DNA from: an uncultured delta proteobacterium
Lineage (GTDB): Bacteria > Myxococcota_A > UBA9160 > UBA4427
Direction of reading: 5' to 3'
Length of the DNA: 64,000 bases
Assembly: GCA_963822965.1 (NCBI GenBank)
Contig: CAWGJT010000006.1
Coordinates: forward strand, 1 to 64,000
Below the pieces are notes generated by a model. It saw only the letters and a program-made list of their open reading frames with translations. It had not been told where the DNA came from and did no database searches. Positions 18,534 through 29,295 of this stretch are shown one piece after another. The position numbers and the translations under genes are program-made. How positions within the stretch are numbered: position 1 is the first letter of the stretch; every line of letters begins with the position of its first letter.

Positions 18534-18675
18534 CCATTGCGGGAAGCCCGGACGCCCGGGGACCGGCTCGCCCCGATCCGCGACCGTTTTGCGCCGGCAC
18601 CCTTCGATGCGACGATTCGCCGGCGGCACGCGCAGGCCGCGCTCCGGCGAACGACGCGGGACACGGGGGGCACCG

Positions 18676-19356
18676 GTGCCGGACAGAGGCGGGGCGACCA
18701 CGAGCGAGGCGGCGTTGGTCCTGTGCGGAGGACACTCGCGACGCATGGGGGTGGACAAGGCCGCCCTGCCCTTCGGAAGCGAGAGTCTGCTGCAACGGGT
18801 GGTCCGCCTCGTTTCGCCGGAGGTGGACGAGGTCTGGCTGGTGGCCCGGGAGGGCCAGCAGCTGCCCGCGCTCGCGGGCGCGCCGCTGCCCGTGGCCCGC
18901 GATCCCGCCGAGGGCCTGGGACCGCTCGCCGGCGTGGTGGCCGGGCTGCGCGCCATGCGGTCCGAGCGTGCCTTCGTGATCTCGTGCGATTCGCCGCTGC
19001 TCGAGCCGCGGCTCGTGCGCCACCTGCTCGATCTGTCTCGGGGCCATCGCGCCGCGATGCCCCGGGTGGCGGGATACTGGGTGCCGACGACGGCCGTGTA
19101 CGCGAAGTCCATCCTGCCCGAAGCCGAGGCCCTGCTGGCGCGCGGGGAGCTGCGCCCGCGCATGCTGGTCGAGGCGGCCGGCGTGCGCGCGGTTTCCGAA
19201 GACGAGCTGCGGGGGGTCGATGCCGAGCTCGCGAGCCTGCGGGACTGCGACACCCCGGAGGACTACGCGGCCCTGCTCGCCCGCGCCGGCCTGCCCCTCG
19301 CCGCCGACGTCTCGCGTATGCTTGCCGGCTCCAGCCCCGGGCAGGGAGACGAATGA
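18676..19356 (+). CDS. mobA: Molybdenum cofactor guanylyltransferase
   Basis: LVLCGGHSRRMGVDKAAL, GPLAG, SCDSP, DCDTPED. Confidence 0.9.
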   Translation: MPDRGGATTSEAALVLCGGHSRRMGVDKAALPFGSESLLQRVVRLVSPEVDEVWLVAREGQQLPALAGAPLPVARDPAEGLGPLAGVVAGLRAMRSERAFVISCDSPLLEPRLVRHLLDLSRGHRAAMPRVAGYWVPTTAVYAKSILPEAEALLARGELRPRMLVEAAGVRAVSEDELRGVDAELASLRDCDTPEDYAALLARAGLPLAADVSRMLAGSSPGQGDE

Positions 19357-20942
19357 ACCTGATCGAAGAGCTGACGGCGCTGCAGGAGCGGAACGGAAGC
19401 CTGCAGGACGAGGATCTGCTGGCTCTATCGCAGCGGCTTCGCGTCCCCCTCCACGAGATCCAGGGGCTCTGCTCGTTCTACCCGCACTTCCGGCGGGAGC
19501 CCCGGACCCCGCTCGAGCTGAAGGCCTGCCGCGACCTGGCCTGTCACCTGCGCGACGGCGGCGCGAGCCTGGCCGCGCTGCGCGACCGATGCGCGGCGCG
19601 GGACGACGTGGGCTTCGAGGCCGTCTCGTGCCTCGGTCGCTGCGACATGGCCCCGGCCTGCGCGCTGAACGACGTACCCCTCGACGCCGGCGAGGCGGAG
19701 GCCGTCCTGGACGGCGACGCGCCCCCGCCTTCGTTCGAGACGTTCGCCGCCCGCACGGGGGCGGAGCCGGAGCGGCGCTTCGCCCTCGACCCGCATCCGG
19801 GACCGGACGACCACTACGGCGTCTTGCGCGAGTGGCTGGCCGGCGCGGACGGACGCGAGCGCGCGGCGGATCTCGTCGCGCGGCTCGAGGCGTCCGGGCT
19901 GCGGGGAATGGGCGGCTCCGGGTTCCCGACCGGACGCAAGTGGAAGCTCGTGGCCGCCGAGCCCGCGACGCCCCGCACCGTGATCTGCAACGCGGACGAG
20001 AGCGAGCCCGGCACCTTCAAGGATCGGGCGCTCCTCGCCGACGCCCCGCACCTCGTCCTCGAAGGCATGCTGCTGGCCGGCCTCGCGGTCGGCAGCCACG
20101 AAGGCATCGTCTACATCCGCCACGAGTACGAGCCCGAGCGCCGGCGCCTGGCCGGAGCCATCGAGCGCGCTCGCGCGGCCGGGGCCCTCGGCGGCGAGCG
20201 TCTTCGGCTCGGGCTTCGCGTTCGACGTCCGCATCTTCGTGTCACCCGGCGGCTACGTGCTGGGCGAGGAGACCGCTCTGCTGGAGGCCCTCGAAGGTCG
20301 CCGGGGCGAGCCGCGCAACAAGCCCCCTTACCCGGGCGTGCGGGGCCTCTTCGGTCGGCCCACCCTCGATCAACAACGTGGAGACCTTCGCGCAGGTGCC
20401 GGCGCTGCCTGCGGACCGGCACGGTGGCCACCAAGCTCTTCTCCTGAGCGGCGACGTGGCGCGGCCGGCCGTCGTCGAGGCGCCCGTCGGCACCACGGCG
20501 CACGAGCTGGTGGCGCGCTGTGGCGGCATGCGCGACGGACGGCGCCTGCTGGCCTTCCTGCCCGGCGGCGCCAGCACCGGGTTCCTCCCCGCCGCCCAGG
20601 CCGACCTGCCCCTCGACTGGGAGCCCCTGCGCGAGGCGGGATCGGGCCTGGGCTCCGCGGCCGTCCTGGTGGTGGCCGAGGGGGCCGACCTGCTCGCCCT
20701 CGCCGGCAACCTGACGGCGTTCTTCCGAAACGAGTCCTGCGGCAAGTGCGTTCCCTGTCGCATCGGAACCGAGAAGGCCGTGGCGCTCATCGAGCAGCGC
20801 GAGCCCGCCGGCCTGGCCCGCCTGCACGCGCTGCACGAGGCGATGGCGGCCACCTCGATCTGCGGCCTCGGCCAGGCGGCGCTCAAGCCGGTGCTGAGCG
20901 TCCTCGACGGCTTCGGCGCCGCCGGACGAGGGCCCGGCATGA
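19353..20942 (+). CDS. Fused NuoE/NuoF-like diaphorase subunit of NAD-linked formate dehydrogenase (several indels)
   Basis: SFYPHF, CRDLAC, CLGRCDMAP (2Fe-2S); SGLRGMGGSGFPTGRKW, NADESEPGTFKDR, YVLGEETAL, INNVET, ESCGKCVPCRIG, SICGLG. Confidence 0.9.
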
Positions 20943-23745
20943 CGCGGGTGACCCTGCACATCGACGATCGCGAGCTGACGGTCCCGGCGGGCACCACGCT
21001 GTGGGAGGCCGCCCGCGGCGCCGGGATCGAGATCCCGGTGCTGTGCCACGATCCCAAGCTCGAGCCCGTGGGCGTCTGTCGCCTGTGCGCCGTCGAGGTG
21101 GAAGGCGAGCGGGTCTTCGCGGCGGCGTGCATCCGCGAGGCCGCGGACGGCATGGTCGTCCGCACCCGGAACGAGAAGCTCGAGCGCTGCCGGGACGTGC
21201 TCACCGAGCTGCTCCTCTCGGAGCAGCCCGCGCGTTCGGCGCGCGAGGCGACCACCGGCGACGATCGTCTGCTTTCGCTCGCCCGCAACGCGGGACGTCC
21301 AGGCCGCATCTCCCGGCCCCCGACGCCACCCGGCCGCCGCGGGGTCGCGACGACTCCTCGCCCGTGATCGCCGTCGACCACGCAGGCCTGCATCCTCTGC
21401 GACCGCTGCATCCGCGCCTGCGACGACGTGCAGCACAACGACGTGATCGGTCGCACCGGCAAGGGCTACGAGACCCGCATCGGCTTCGATCTCGACCGTC
21501 CCATGGGCGACTCCACCTGCGTGAGCTGTGGCGAGTGCGTCGCCGCCTGCCCCACCGGCGCCCTGGTCGACAAGGCGCTCGAGACCGCCCGGCGGCCGCC
21601 GGCCGTCCTGAAGCTCCGTCGACTCGGTGTGCCCCTACTGCGGCGTCGGCTGCGCGCTCCGCTATCACGTCGACGAAGACCGCAACCAGGTGGCCTTCGC
21701 CGAGGGACGGATCGGCTCGGGCAACGACGGTCGCCTGTGCGTGAAGGGCCGCTACGGGTTCGACTACGCGACCCACCCCCAGCGCCTCACGCGGCCGCTC
21801 GTCCGCGTCGACTACCCCAAGCGCGCCCTGTCACCCGAGGTGGCGAGCTCGACGCGAAGCCGCGGCCGCCGGGCCCGCCTGGTGGACTACGACCGGGTGC
21901 TGCCGGCGTTCCGCGAGGCGAGCTGGGACGAGGCCCTCGACCTCGTCGCCCAGCGGCTGCTCGCGATCCGCGAGCGCGACGGCGCCGCCGCCCTCGCCGG
22001 CTTCGGCTCGGCGAAGTGCAGCAACGAAGAGGCCTACCTGTTCCAGAAGCTCGTCCGCGCCGTGTTCGGCACGAACAACGTGGACCACTGCACGCGGCTC
22101 TGCCACGCGTCGTCGGTGACCGCGCTGCTGCAGATGATCGGATCCGGCGCCGTCACCACCACCTTCGGCGACATCGCCAACAGCGACTTCGCGCTCATCA
22201 CCGGCAGCAACACCACGGCGAACCACCCGGTGGCCGCCACCTTCTTCAAGCAGGCCGCCGCCCGGGGCACGCGCCTGCTGGTGGTCGACCCCATCCGGAC
22301 GCCCATCGCCGACTACGCCTGGCGCTTCTGCCAGATCCGCCCGGGCACCGACGTCGCCTTCTACAACGCGATGATGCACGTGATCATCGAGGAGGGGCTC
22401 GTCGACCGGGACTACGTGGCCCGCGCCACGAGCGGCTTCGAGGAGGTGGCGCGCAACGTCGAGCGCTACACGCCCCGGGTGGCGGCGGGCATCTGCGGCG
22501 TCCCCGAGGAGGTGCTGCGCGAGGTGGCGATCGCCTACGGGCGCGCGCGCGCCGCCATCACGTTCTGGGGCATGGGGATGAGCCAGCACGTGCACGGCAC
22601 GGACAACTGCCGCTGCATCATCTCCCTGTGCCTGATGACGGGGAACGTGGGCCGCCCGGGGACCGGGCTGCATCCCCTGCGCGGGCAGAACAACGTCCAG
22701 GGCGCGTCCGACGCCGGGCTCATCCCCATGAGCTATCCCGACTACCAGCCCGTGACGTCGCCCGAGGTGCGCCGCCACTTCGAGCAGGCCTGGGGCCGCC
22801 CCCTGGATCCGGAGCCCGGACTCACCACCGTCGAGATCATGGAGGCCGCCCACGCCGGGCACGTGCGGGGCATGTACATCCTGGGCGAGAACCCCTTCCT
22901 GAGCGATCCGAACACGAGCCTCGTGCGCGCCGCGCTCGAGCGGCTCGAGTTCCTGGCCGTGCAGGACATCTTCCTGACCGAGACCGCCGAGTTCGCCGAC
23001 GTGATCCTGCCGGCCACCTCGGCGCTCGAGAAGACGGGAACCTTCACCAACACCGACCGCCGCGTGCAGCTCGGGCACCCGGCGCTCGAGCCGCCCGGCG
23101 AGGCGCGCCTCGACTGGCAGATCCTCTGCGACGTCGCCACGCGCATGGGCTACCCGATGCACTACGACGACGCCTCGCAGATCTTCGACGAGCTGGTCTC
23201 CCATTCGCACGGGTATCGGGGGCTCTCCCACGCGGCCCTGGGCCCGACGGGCAAGCTCTACCCGTGTCCGGATCCGGACACGTCGGAGGGGACGGTGGTG
23301 ATGTTCGGCGACGGCTTCCCGACCGCCGACGGCCGCGCCCGCTTCGTGCCGGCCTCCCATCGGGGGGCCGACGAGCTGCCCGACGGCGAGTACCCGCTGA
23401 TCCTCATCACCGGCCGGCTGCTCGAGCACTGGCACACCGGGCCAGATGACCCGGCGCGCCCGGGCCCTGGACGCCATCGAGCCGGACGCGTTCGTCGCGC
23501 TCCACCCCGACGACGCCGCGCGGCTGGGCGTGGGAGAAGGGGACTGGGTGACGGTCCGTTCGCGCCGGGGCGCCATCCACCTGGCGGCGCGGCTCACGCC
23601 CGCGACCCAGGCGGGCTCGATCTTCGTCCCCTTCCACTTCCGGGAGGCGGGCGCGAACATCCTGACCAACGACGAGCTCGACCCGGACGGCAAGATCCCC
23701 GAGTACAAGTTCTGCGCGGTCCGCGTGGAGCGCTACGACGCCTGA
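20939..23745 (+). CDS. fdhF: Formate dehydrogenase alpha subunit, Cys-type (indels near 21300-21385, 21615, 23445)
   Basis: IPVLCH..CRLCAVE; CILCDRCIRAC; CVSCGECVAACPTG; CPYCGVGC; DHCTRLCH; LRGQNNVQG; TGRLLEHWHTG; PEYKFCAV. Confidence 0.93.
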
Positions 23746-25382
23746 CGCGCTCCGCCCCGGCGGCGCCGCCGGGCCAGGCCCGCCAGCGCCAGCAGCGCGC
23801 CGGCCCCCAGCGCCGTCCCGGCCGGCTCCGGCGCGAACCTCACGTCCAGGTCGTCGAAGCGCGCGAAGTGCGAGCCGGCGCCCGCGAAGCGCACGCCGCG
23901 GATGTTGTTTCCGGCGATGCACAGGGTCTCGGTGGCGCCCGCCGCGGAGATGACCTCGCCCAGCTGCACGTCGCTGCCGTCGTACGAGCGCAGCACCGCG
24001 TAGTCGCCGGCCCCGGTGGCCCGGACGTCGACGCACACCGAGAGGGCGTCCACGACGAACGTCGCGTGCACCGTCCCCTGCCCGTTCTCGCTGAAGTCCG
24101 AGAACTGCGTGTTGCAGACGCTCACCTGGTTCGGCGACGAGGCGAAGTCGCCCACGCTGTCGGCGTTCGCGTACACCTCGTCTCCGATGCCGCACGAGGC
24201 GGTCGGTCCGTCCCGCTCGAAGCCGACGCCGTAGGACTGGTAGGTCTGGTTCACCACCGTCCCGTTCGCGAGGGGCTGGTCGTTGGTGTCGACGTCGAAG
24301 TCGATGGACGCGTTTCCGAACGTGAACTCGAAGTCGTCGAAGCGGGCGAGCGTGCCCTGGTAGCCGGCAAACTCCACCGACCGGATCGTCGCGGCCGTCA
24401 CGCACAGACGCGACTCCACGCCCATGGGCGAGAGGTTCTGGTCGAGCAGCGCGTCCGAGGCGTCGTAGGCCCGCATCACGCCCTGGGCCGTGCCGCTGCT
24501 CGGCAGCACGCTCACGCACACCTCGGTCACCCGCCGCGGGAAGCGCGCCACCACGAGCCCGTTGGTGTTCTCGGAGAAGTCGGCGAAGTGCGCGCCGTCG
24601 CAGACGCTCACCGCATTGGGCGGCGAGCCGAAGCCGGTGGGAAGGTCGTCGTTGGCGTAGACCGCGGGGCCGCCGCACGGCGAGGAAGGGCCGGTCTTCT
24701 CGAACGTGACCCCCTCGCTCTCGAAGAGGGTGTCGACCACGGTTCCGTCGGTCACGGCGACGCCGTCCGAGGTGGTGTCGAAGTCGATCCGGTTCGGCGC
24801 GTAGGTGATGCGCAGGTCGTCGAAAATCGCGAAGTGGCTGCCGCTGCCCGCGAAGCGGAAGCGGTCGATGGCGTCGCCCCGGATGCAGAAGGTCTGGGTC
24901 ACGTTCGGGGTGGAGGTCACCGAATCCATCACGGTGCCCATGTCGTCCACGATCTGCAGCACGCCGAAGTCGCCGCTGCCGGCCGGGTCGACGGCCACGC
25001 ACACCTCGAGGGCCGGTCGCTCGAGGATGCCTTCGATGAGGCCGCTGCCCTCGTTGAAGTCCGAGCCGGCGGGCGGCGCGCAGATCGTCACGTTGTTCGG
25101 GGAGGAGGCGAAGCTCTCGCTGGCGTTCGCGTAGACGCTGGTCCCCGGGCACACCCCGGCGAAGCCGCCGGCCCGGGTGAGCACGACGCCCAGGTCCGCG
25201 TAGACGTTGTCGAGCACCGCCCCGTCGGCGATGGGATCCCCCTTGGGATCCACGTCGAAGTCGAGCGTCACGGTGGCCGCGCCGGCCGAGCCCGCTAGAC
25301 GCCAGTCCGAGCAGCAGCCCCTGAAGCAGCAGCCCCTGCGAAGCGCGGCGCGAACGCACGAATGGAGATTCGATCGCAACAT
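23733..25382 (-). CDS. Secreted protein with three tandem ~160-aa domains and a PEP-CTERM-like sorting tail
   Basis: Three repeats DFD...VYAN...SSPN.V..C...RFAG...FDD; tail APEPAGTALGAGALLALAGLARRRRR; signal peptide appears disturbed by indels. Confidence 0.85.
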   Translation of the reverse strand: MLRSNLHSCVRAALRRGCCFRGCCSDWRLAGSAGAATVTLDFDVDPKGDPIADGAVLDNVYADLGVVLTRAGGFAGVCPGTSVYANASESFASSPNNVTICAPPAGSDFNEGSGLIEGILERPALEVCVAVDPAGSGDFGVLQIVDDMGTVMDSVTSTPNVTQTFCIRGDAIDRFRFAGSGSHFAIFDDLRITYAPNRIDFDTTSDGVAVTDGTVVDTLFESEGVTFEKTGPSSPCGGPAVYANDDLPTGFGSPPNAVSVCDGAHFADFSENTNGLVVARFPRRVTEVCVSVLPSSGTAQGVMRAYDASDALLDQNLSPMGVESRLCVTAATIRSVEFAGYQGTLARFDDFEFTFGNASIDFDVDTNDQPLANGTVVNQTYQSYGVGFERDGPTASCGIGDEVYANADSVGDFASSPNQVSVCNTQFSDFSENGQGTVHATFVVDALSVCVDVRATGAGDYAVLRSYDGSDVQLGEVISAAGATETLCIAGNNIRGVRFAGAGSHFARFDDLDVRFAPEPAGTALGAGALLALAGLARRRRRGGARQAS

Positions 25383-25425
25383 CACAGTACCCCCCGGCCA
25401 GCGACGTCGGAAACGCGCTGGCACC

Positions 25426-27930
25426 TTACCAGCCCAGGGCCGCTCGATCGAACGGAACGGGATGGAGGTCCGGGCAGGAGGCGGCGCTGCGCCACCCCCA
25501 GATCGAGATCGTAGCCATATCACCACGGATCTGGCGAATCGGGACCAGCAGCGCCCCGTCCCGACCGGTCCACCAGACGCTCATGCCCGAATCCCGGGCC
25601 CGTTCCAGCGCCTCCGCGGTGGGCAGGCGCGACCGCCCCGAGCAGGGGGCCGAGACGAGGGCGACCCCGGCGCCCACCGCCCGGAGAAACCCGCGGCTCG
25701 ACGAGCCGGCGCTGCCGTGGTGGGGGAGCACGACGAGGCTCGCGCGCAGGTCCGCACCGAGCTCGACGAGCGCCTGCTCGACCCGCTGGCTGATGTCGCC
25801 CGGGAGCAGCACCCGGGCGCCGGCCAGCTCCACCCGCGAGACCAGGGACCGATCGTTGCGCGAGGCGGCGGGCTGCCGGGCCGCCGGCGGGGGCCAGAGG
25901 GTCTCGAGGCGTAGATCGCCGAGCCGCACGGCCGGGTCGCCGCGGCCTCGCTGCCGGACGGGGATGCCCGCGAGACGCGCCGCGGCCACCAGGGCCTCGA
26001 ACTCCCGGGCCGTGTCCCGCGGCAGCCACAGCTCCCCCACCGGCACGTCCCGGAGCACCGACGGCAGGCCGCCCCGGTGGTCGAGGTCGGCGTGGGTGGC
26101 CACCACGACGTCCAGGCGGTGCACGCCCAGCGCCCGCAGCGCCGGCACCACGGCCCGCGCTCCCAGGTCGGCGCCGCCCGGAAGCGCGCCGCCCCCGTCG
26201 ACCAGGACGGCGGCGTCGCGTCCCTGGACGAGGATGGCGTCGCCCTGCCCCACGTCGAACACCACCACGCGCGGGGGCGGCGGGCCCACCACCGCTGCCG
26301 GCGCGAAGGCCAGCACGCCGTACACCGCGAGCACGAGGACCAGGCGCGTGCGGGTCCGACGCGCGCGGACGACGCCCAGGGCGAGCGCGCCCGCCAGGAC
26401 GAGCGCCCAGGCGACGGGCGGCGGTCCCGACCGGCTCGCCGCCGGCAGCCAGCGCGCGGCGTGGTCTGCCGCGGCGAGCGTCACGCCCGCGAGACGCGCG
26501 GGCCCGCCCACCAGCCAGCCTGCCGCGTCACCCGCCAGCAGCGCGGCCGCGGCCGCCAGCAGCGCCGCAGGCAGCACCACGAAGGCCGTCACCGGCACCG
26601 CGACGACGTTGGCCACGAGCCCGACCGGCGTCCCCGACATGCCGTGGAGCGCCAGCACCGGCGCCGTCGCCGCCAGCGCCGTCGCCGAAAGGTGAAGGCT
26701 CGCTCGACCCGCGCGCGCGAGGCGGGCGAGACCTCGCTCCCCCGCACGCGCGTCGGGCGCGAACGCACCGCGCGACGCCACCAGTGCCGCGGCGGCGACG
26801 AACGAGAGCTGCGCGCCCGGCTCGAAGACGGCGGCGGGCTCGAGAGTCGCCACCACCAGCGCCGCCGCCGAGAGCCCGTGCCAGCGAGCCCGGCTCCGGC
26901 GCAACGCCATCCCGCCCGCAGAGCAGAGCAAGAACACCCAGGCCCGCCGCACCGGGGTGCCCCAGCCACTGGCCAGCGCATAGACGAGAGCGAAGCCACA
27001 GGCGACGCCCAGCGCGGGAAGGCGAACGTCCCAGCGGGCCGTGAGCGGCGACAGCCGCCGCAGGATCCCGAAGGCCGCCATCCAGACGAGGGACGCGACG
27101 AGCGCCACGTGGAGGCCCGAGACCGCCAGCAGGTGTGCGATCCCGAGACGGCGGAAGGCCTCCCGATCCCCGGACGAGAGACCGGAACGGTCTCCCAGGG
27201 CCAGCGCAGCCAGCAGCCCGCCCCCGGGCCCCCGGGCCTGCAAGCGCGCCGCGGTCGCGCGGCGAAGCGCACGGGCACGCGCCGCCAGCGTGGGGCTGCC
27301 CTCGGGCGCCAGCCGCGCTGCCACGCGCGCGTCGAGGAGCCTCGCGCGTGCCGCCACGCCCCGGCGCGCGAGCGGTCGGGTCCGGTCGGGCAGGCCGGGG
27401 TTCGCCAGCGACCGAAGCGGTGCAATGCGCAGGCGCGCACGCACCCGGTCGCCGGCCACGAGCGAGGCCAGCCAGTCCCCTTCCGGCGTTCCGGCGGCTT
27501 CGACGAGCTGGACGCGTCCGGGCACGCCGGATCTCTGGTCGGGGTGCCCGCCGCGCGCCTCGAGACCTGGGTGCGGGACGCTCCCGAACCCGACCTCGCG
27601 CAGCCCACACAGCTCGACGACCCGCCAGCCCGGGACCTCGCGCGTCTCGCACACCCGCGCCTCGACGGCCCGGTCCCGGGTGCTGTGGGGTGCCTGGCGC
27701 CTCGCCGCGGCGAGGTCGCTCGCGAGGCCGTAGCCGCCGAGCGCCAGCGCCGCCCCGAACGCGCAGCCGGCGCACACGCCCGCCCGCCGGCGGCACGCGA
27801 CCGCCGTGGCCCCGCAAGCGAGGGCGACGACGAGTGCTGCGCGCGGGCTCGGCTCGAAGCGGTCCGCCGCCACGACGCCGGCCAGCACGCAGACGGCGAG
27901 GCCGGGAAGCAGCCACGGAGCCAGACGCAA
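25426..27930 (-). CDS. comEC: DNA uptake competence protein ComEC/Rec2
   Basis: HLLAVSGLHV, GAQLSF, FDVGQGDA, THADLDH, PGDI, PHHGS. Confidence 0.93.
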   Translation of the reverse strand: MRLAPWLLPGLAVCVLAGVVAADRFEPSPRAALVVALACGATAVACRRRAGVCAGCAFGAALALGGYGLASDLAAARRQAPHSTRDRAVEARVCETREVPGWRVVELCGLREVGFGSVPHPGLEARGGHPDQRSGVPGRVQLVEAAGTPEGDWLASLVAGDRVRARLRIAPLRSLANPGLPDRTRPLARRGVAARARLLDARVAARLAPEGSPTLAARARALRRATAARLQARGPGGGLLAALALGDRSGLSSGDREAFRRLGIAHLLAVSGLHVALVASLVWMAAFGILRRLSPLTARWDVRLPALGVACGFALVYALASGWGTPVRRAWVFLLCSAGGMALRRSRARWHGLSAAALVVATLEPAAVFEPGAQLSFVAAAALVASRGAFAPDARAGERGLARLARAGRASLHLSATALAATAPVLALHGMSGTPVGLVANVVAVPVTAFVVLPAALLAAAAALLAGDAAGWLVGGPARLAGVTLAAADHAARWLPAASRSGPPPVAWALVLAGALALGVVRARRTRTRLVLVLAVYGVLAFAPAAVVGPPPPRVVVFDVGQGDAILVQGRDAAVLVDGGGALPGGADLGARAVVPALRALGVHRLDVVVATHADLDHRGGLPSVLRDVPVGELWLPRDTAREFEALVAAARLAGIPVRQRGRGDPAVRLGDLRLETLWPPPAARQPAASRNDRSLVSRVELAGARVLLPGDISQRVEQALVELGADLRASLVVLPHHGSAGSSSRGFLRAVGAGVALVSAPCSGRSRLPTAEALERARDSGMSVWWTGRDGALLVPIRQIRGDMATISIWGWRSAASCPDLHPVPFDRAALGW

Positions 27931-28082
27931 CGGGAGTCTCCCGGGACCGGGAGACCCGGGAACGTACCGCGCGGGTCGCCGGGGGGCTCCCGAAAAGCGG
28001 CGCGCGCAGGCCTACGGGAAGCGGCGCGACCCGGTGGGGGCACACCGTCGGTGGGCGCGCGCGGATGGAATCGCGGGCGGGA

Positions 28083-28589
28083 TCAGTGGACGACGCGAGA
28101 CGTGGTCGGGGGCGACGCGGTGCGCATGCGACGCAGGTAGGCGGCCAGGACTTCGAGCACCTCGTCGAGCTTCGACAGCTCGCCGGCGAACGACCCCATC
28201 AGCCGCTCGATCTCCTGCAGCTCGCCGGCGCTGCGGGCCAGCTCGTCGGCGATGGCCGTCTGGACGCGGAAGCCCAGGGCGACGCCGTCCAGCACGGCCG
28301 CGTAGCACTCGCTTCCCGCGTGCAGCTCCTGGGCGACGGCCTCGGCGAGAACCTCCGCAGCCGGTACGGCGACACCTCGGGACTGCAGGTCCGCACGCAC
28401 GCGATCGCGAGGGCGACCTCGTCTCGCCCTCCTCGCTCGCTGCCACCGGAGCGGTGGTGTCGGGCTTCCAGCGCATCGGATGTGCTCCTCCCGGCGGCCG
28501 GCTCCCCATGGGGGTCGATTCGGGCCGCTCGGCACCCTGGAGGAGCAATTTCGATGCCACCCACCGTCTGGGCGCAGGTCGTCCCGCAA
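28083..28589 (-). CDS. Hypothetical helical/coiled-coil protein (start uncertain, may be nearer 28400)
   Basis: Heptad-like ELQEIERLMGSFAGELSKLDEVLEVLAAYLRRM; GC3-biased codons in the 3' half. Confidence 0.6.
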   Translation of the reverse strand: MRDDLRPDGGWHRNCSSRVPSGPNRPPWGAGRREEHIRCAGSPTPPLRWQRARRARRGRPRDRVRADLQSRGVAVPAAEVLAEAVAQELHAGSECYAAVLDGVALGFRVQTAIADELARSAGELQEIERLMGSFAGELSKLDEVLEVLAAYLRRMRTASPPTTSRVVH

Positions 28590-28752
28590 GTGCCCGAACC
28601 CGAGCCGCTAAGGCGGATCGGTCGCCGCGCCCGCCGCATCGGCTTCCCCCGGCGAGGGCAACCCGATGACCGTTATCGGAAAAGGGCTTCCGGTGGGGGC
28701 CGGCCGGCGATCCCGTCCGGGGCCCGCGAGAGCGCCCCGGGAGGCGGGCGCG

Positions 28753-29295
28753 TCAGCGGACCCAGCCGGGCTGGCAGCCGGCCCGACGGCACTCGTCCTC
28801 GAGCCCGTTGGCCAGGTACTCGACGAGGTCGTCTCGCTTCTGCTGGGCCTCCTGGAGGCGGTCCCGCAGCTCCTCGCAGGGGATGTGCTGGCGGATCCCC
28901 GACTCACCGGTCTGGTACCACTCGCCCCCGCGGTTGCACGATTTGACCACCGAGAGCATCTGCCGGAGGTGCTCCTCGGCCTGCCGCAGCTCCTGCTCGG
29001 CAGCCGGTCGCTTGCTGCGCCACATGCGCTCGATACCGTCGTTCGAGCCGCCGGAACGGCGGCGCCGGCCGGGCGCCGGCCGCTGGGCGGGCTGACCCTC
29101 CACCACGGTCTGCAGCTGCTTCTGCAGCACGTGGGGCTTGGTGCCGGGGCAGGCGTTCGCGTCGCTCGTGAAGACGGTCTTGCCGTCGGGGCCCACGCAC
29201 TCGTAGATGCCGGTGCCGGCGCCGGCCGCGAGCCCCAGGACCAGGCCCAGCGCCATCGAGACTGCCGCGACGGTCGCGAGGGTCCGACGATTCAC
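28753..29295 (-). CDS. DUF4124-like secreted protein
   Basis: Signal peptide, GIYECVGPDGKTVFTSD, coiled coil, C-terminal LEDECRRAGCQPGWVR. Confidence 0.75.
   Translation of the reverse strand: MNRRTLATVAAVSMALGLVLGLAAGAGTGIYECVGPDGKTVFTSDANACPGTKPHVLQKQLQTVVEGQPAQRPAPGRRRRSGGSNDGIERMWRSKRPAAEQELRQAEEHLRQMLSVVKSCNRGGEWYQTGESGIRQHIPCEELRDRLQEAQQKRDDLVEYLANGLEDECRRAGCQPGWVR

Noticed and set aside
22080..22110. Selenocysteine in formate dehydrogenase
   Set aside because: The ligand codon is TGC (Cys); no in-frame TGA at the active site
21627..25298. 1223-aa ORF and other very long Arg/Gly/Pro-rich ORFs (e.g. 14595-17417, 12391-14910, 52633-55509)
   Set aside because: Frameshift run-ons or antisense shadows of real genes in high-GC DNA
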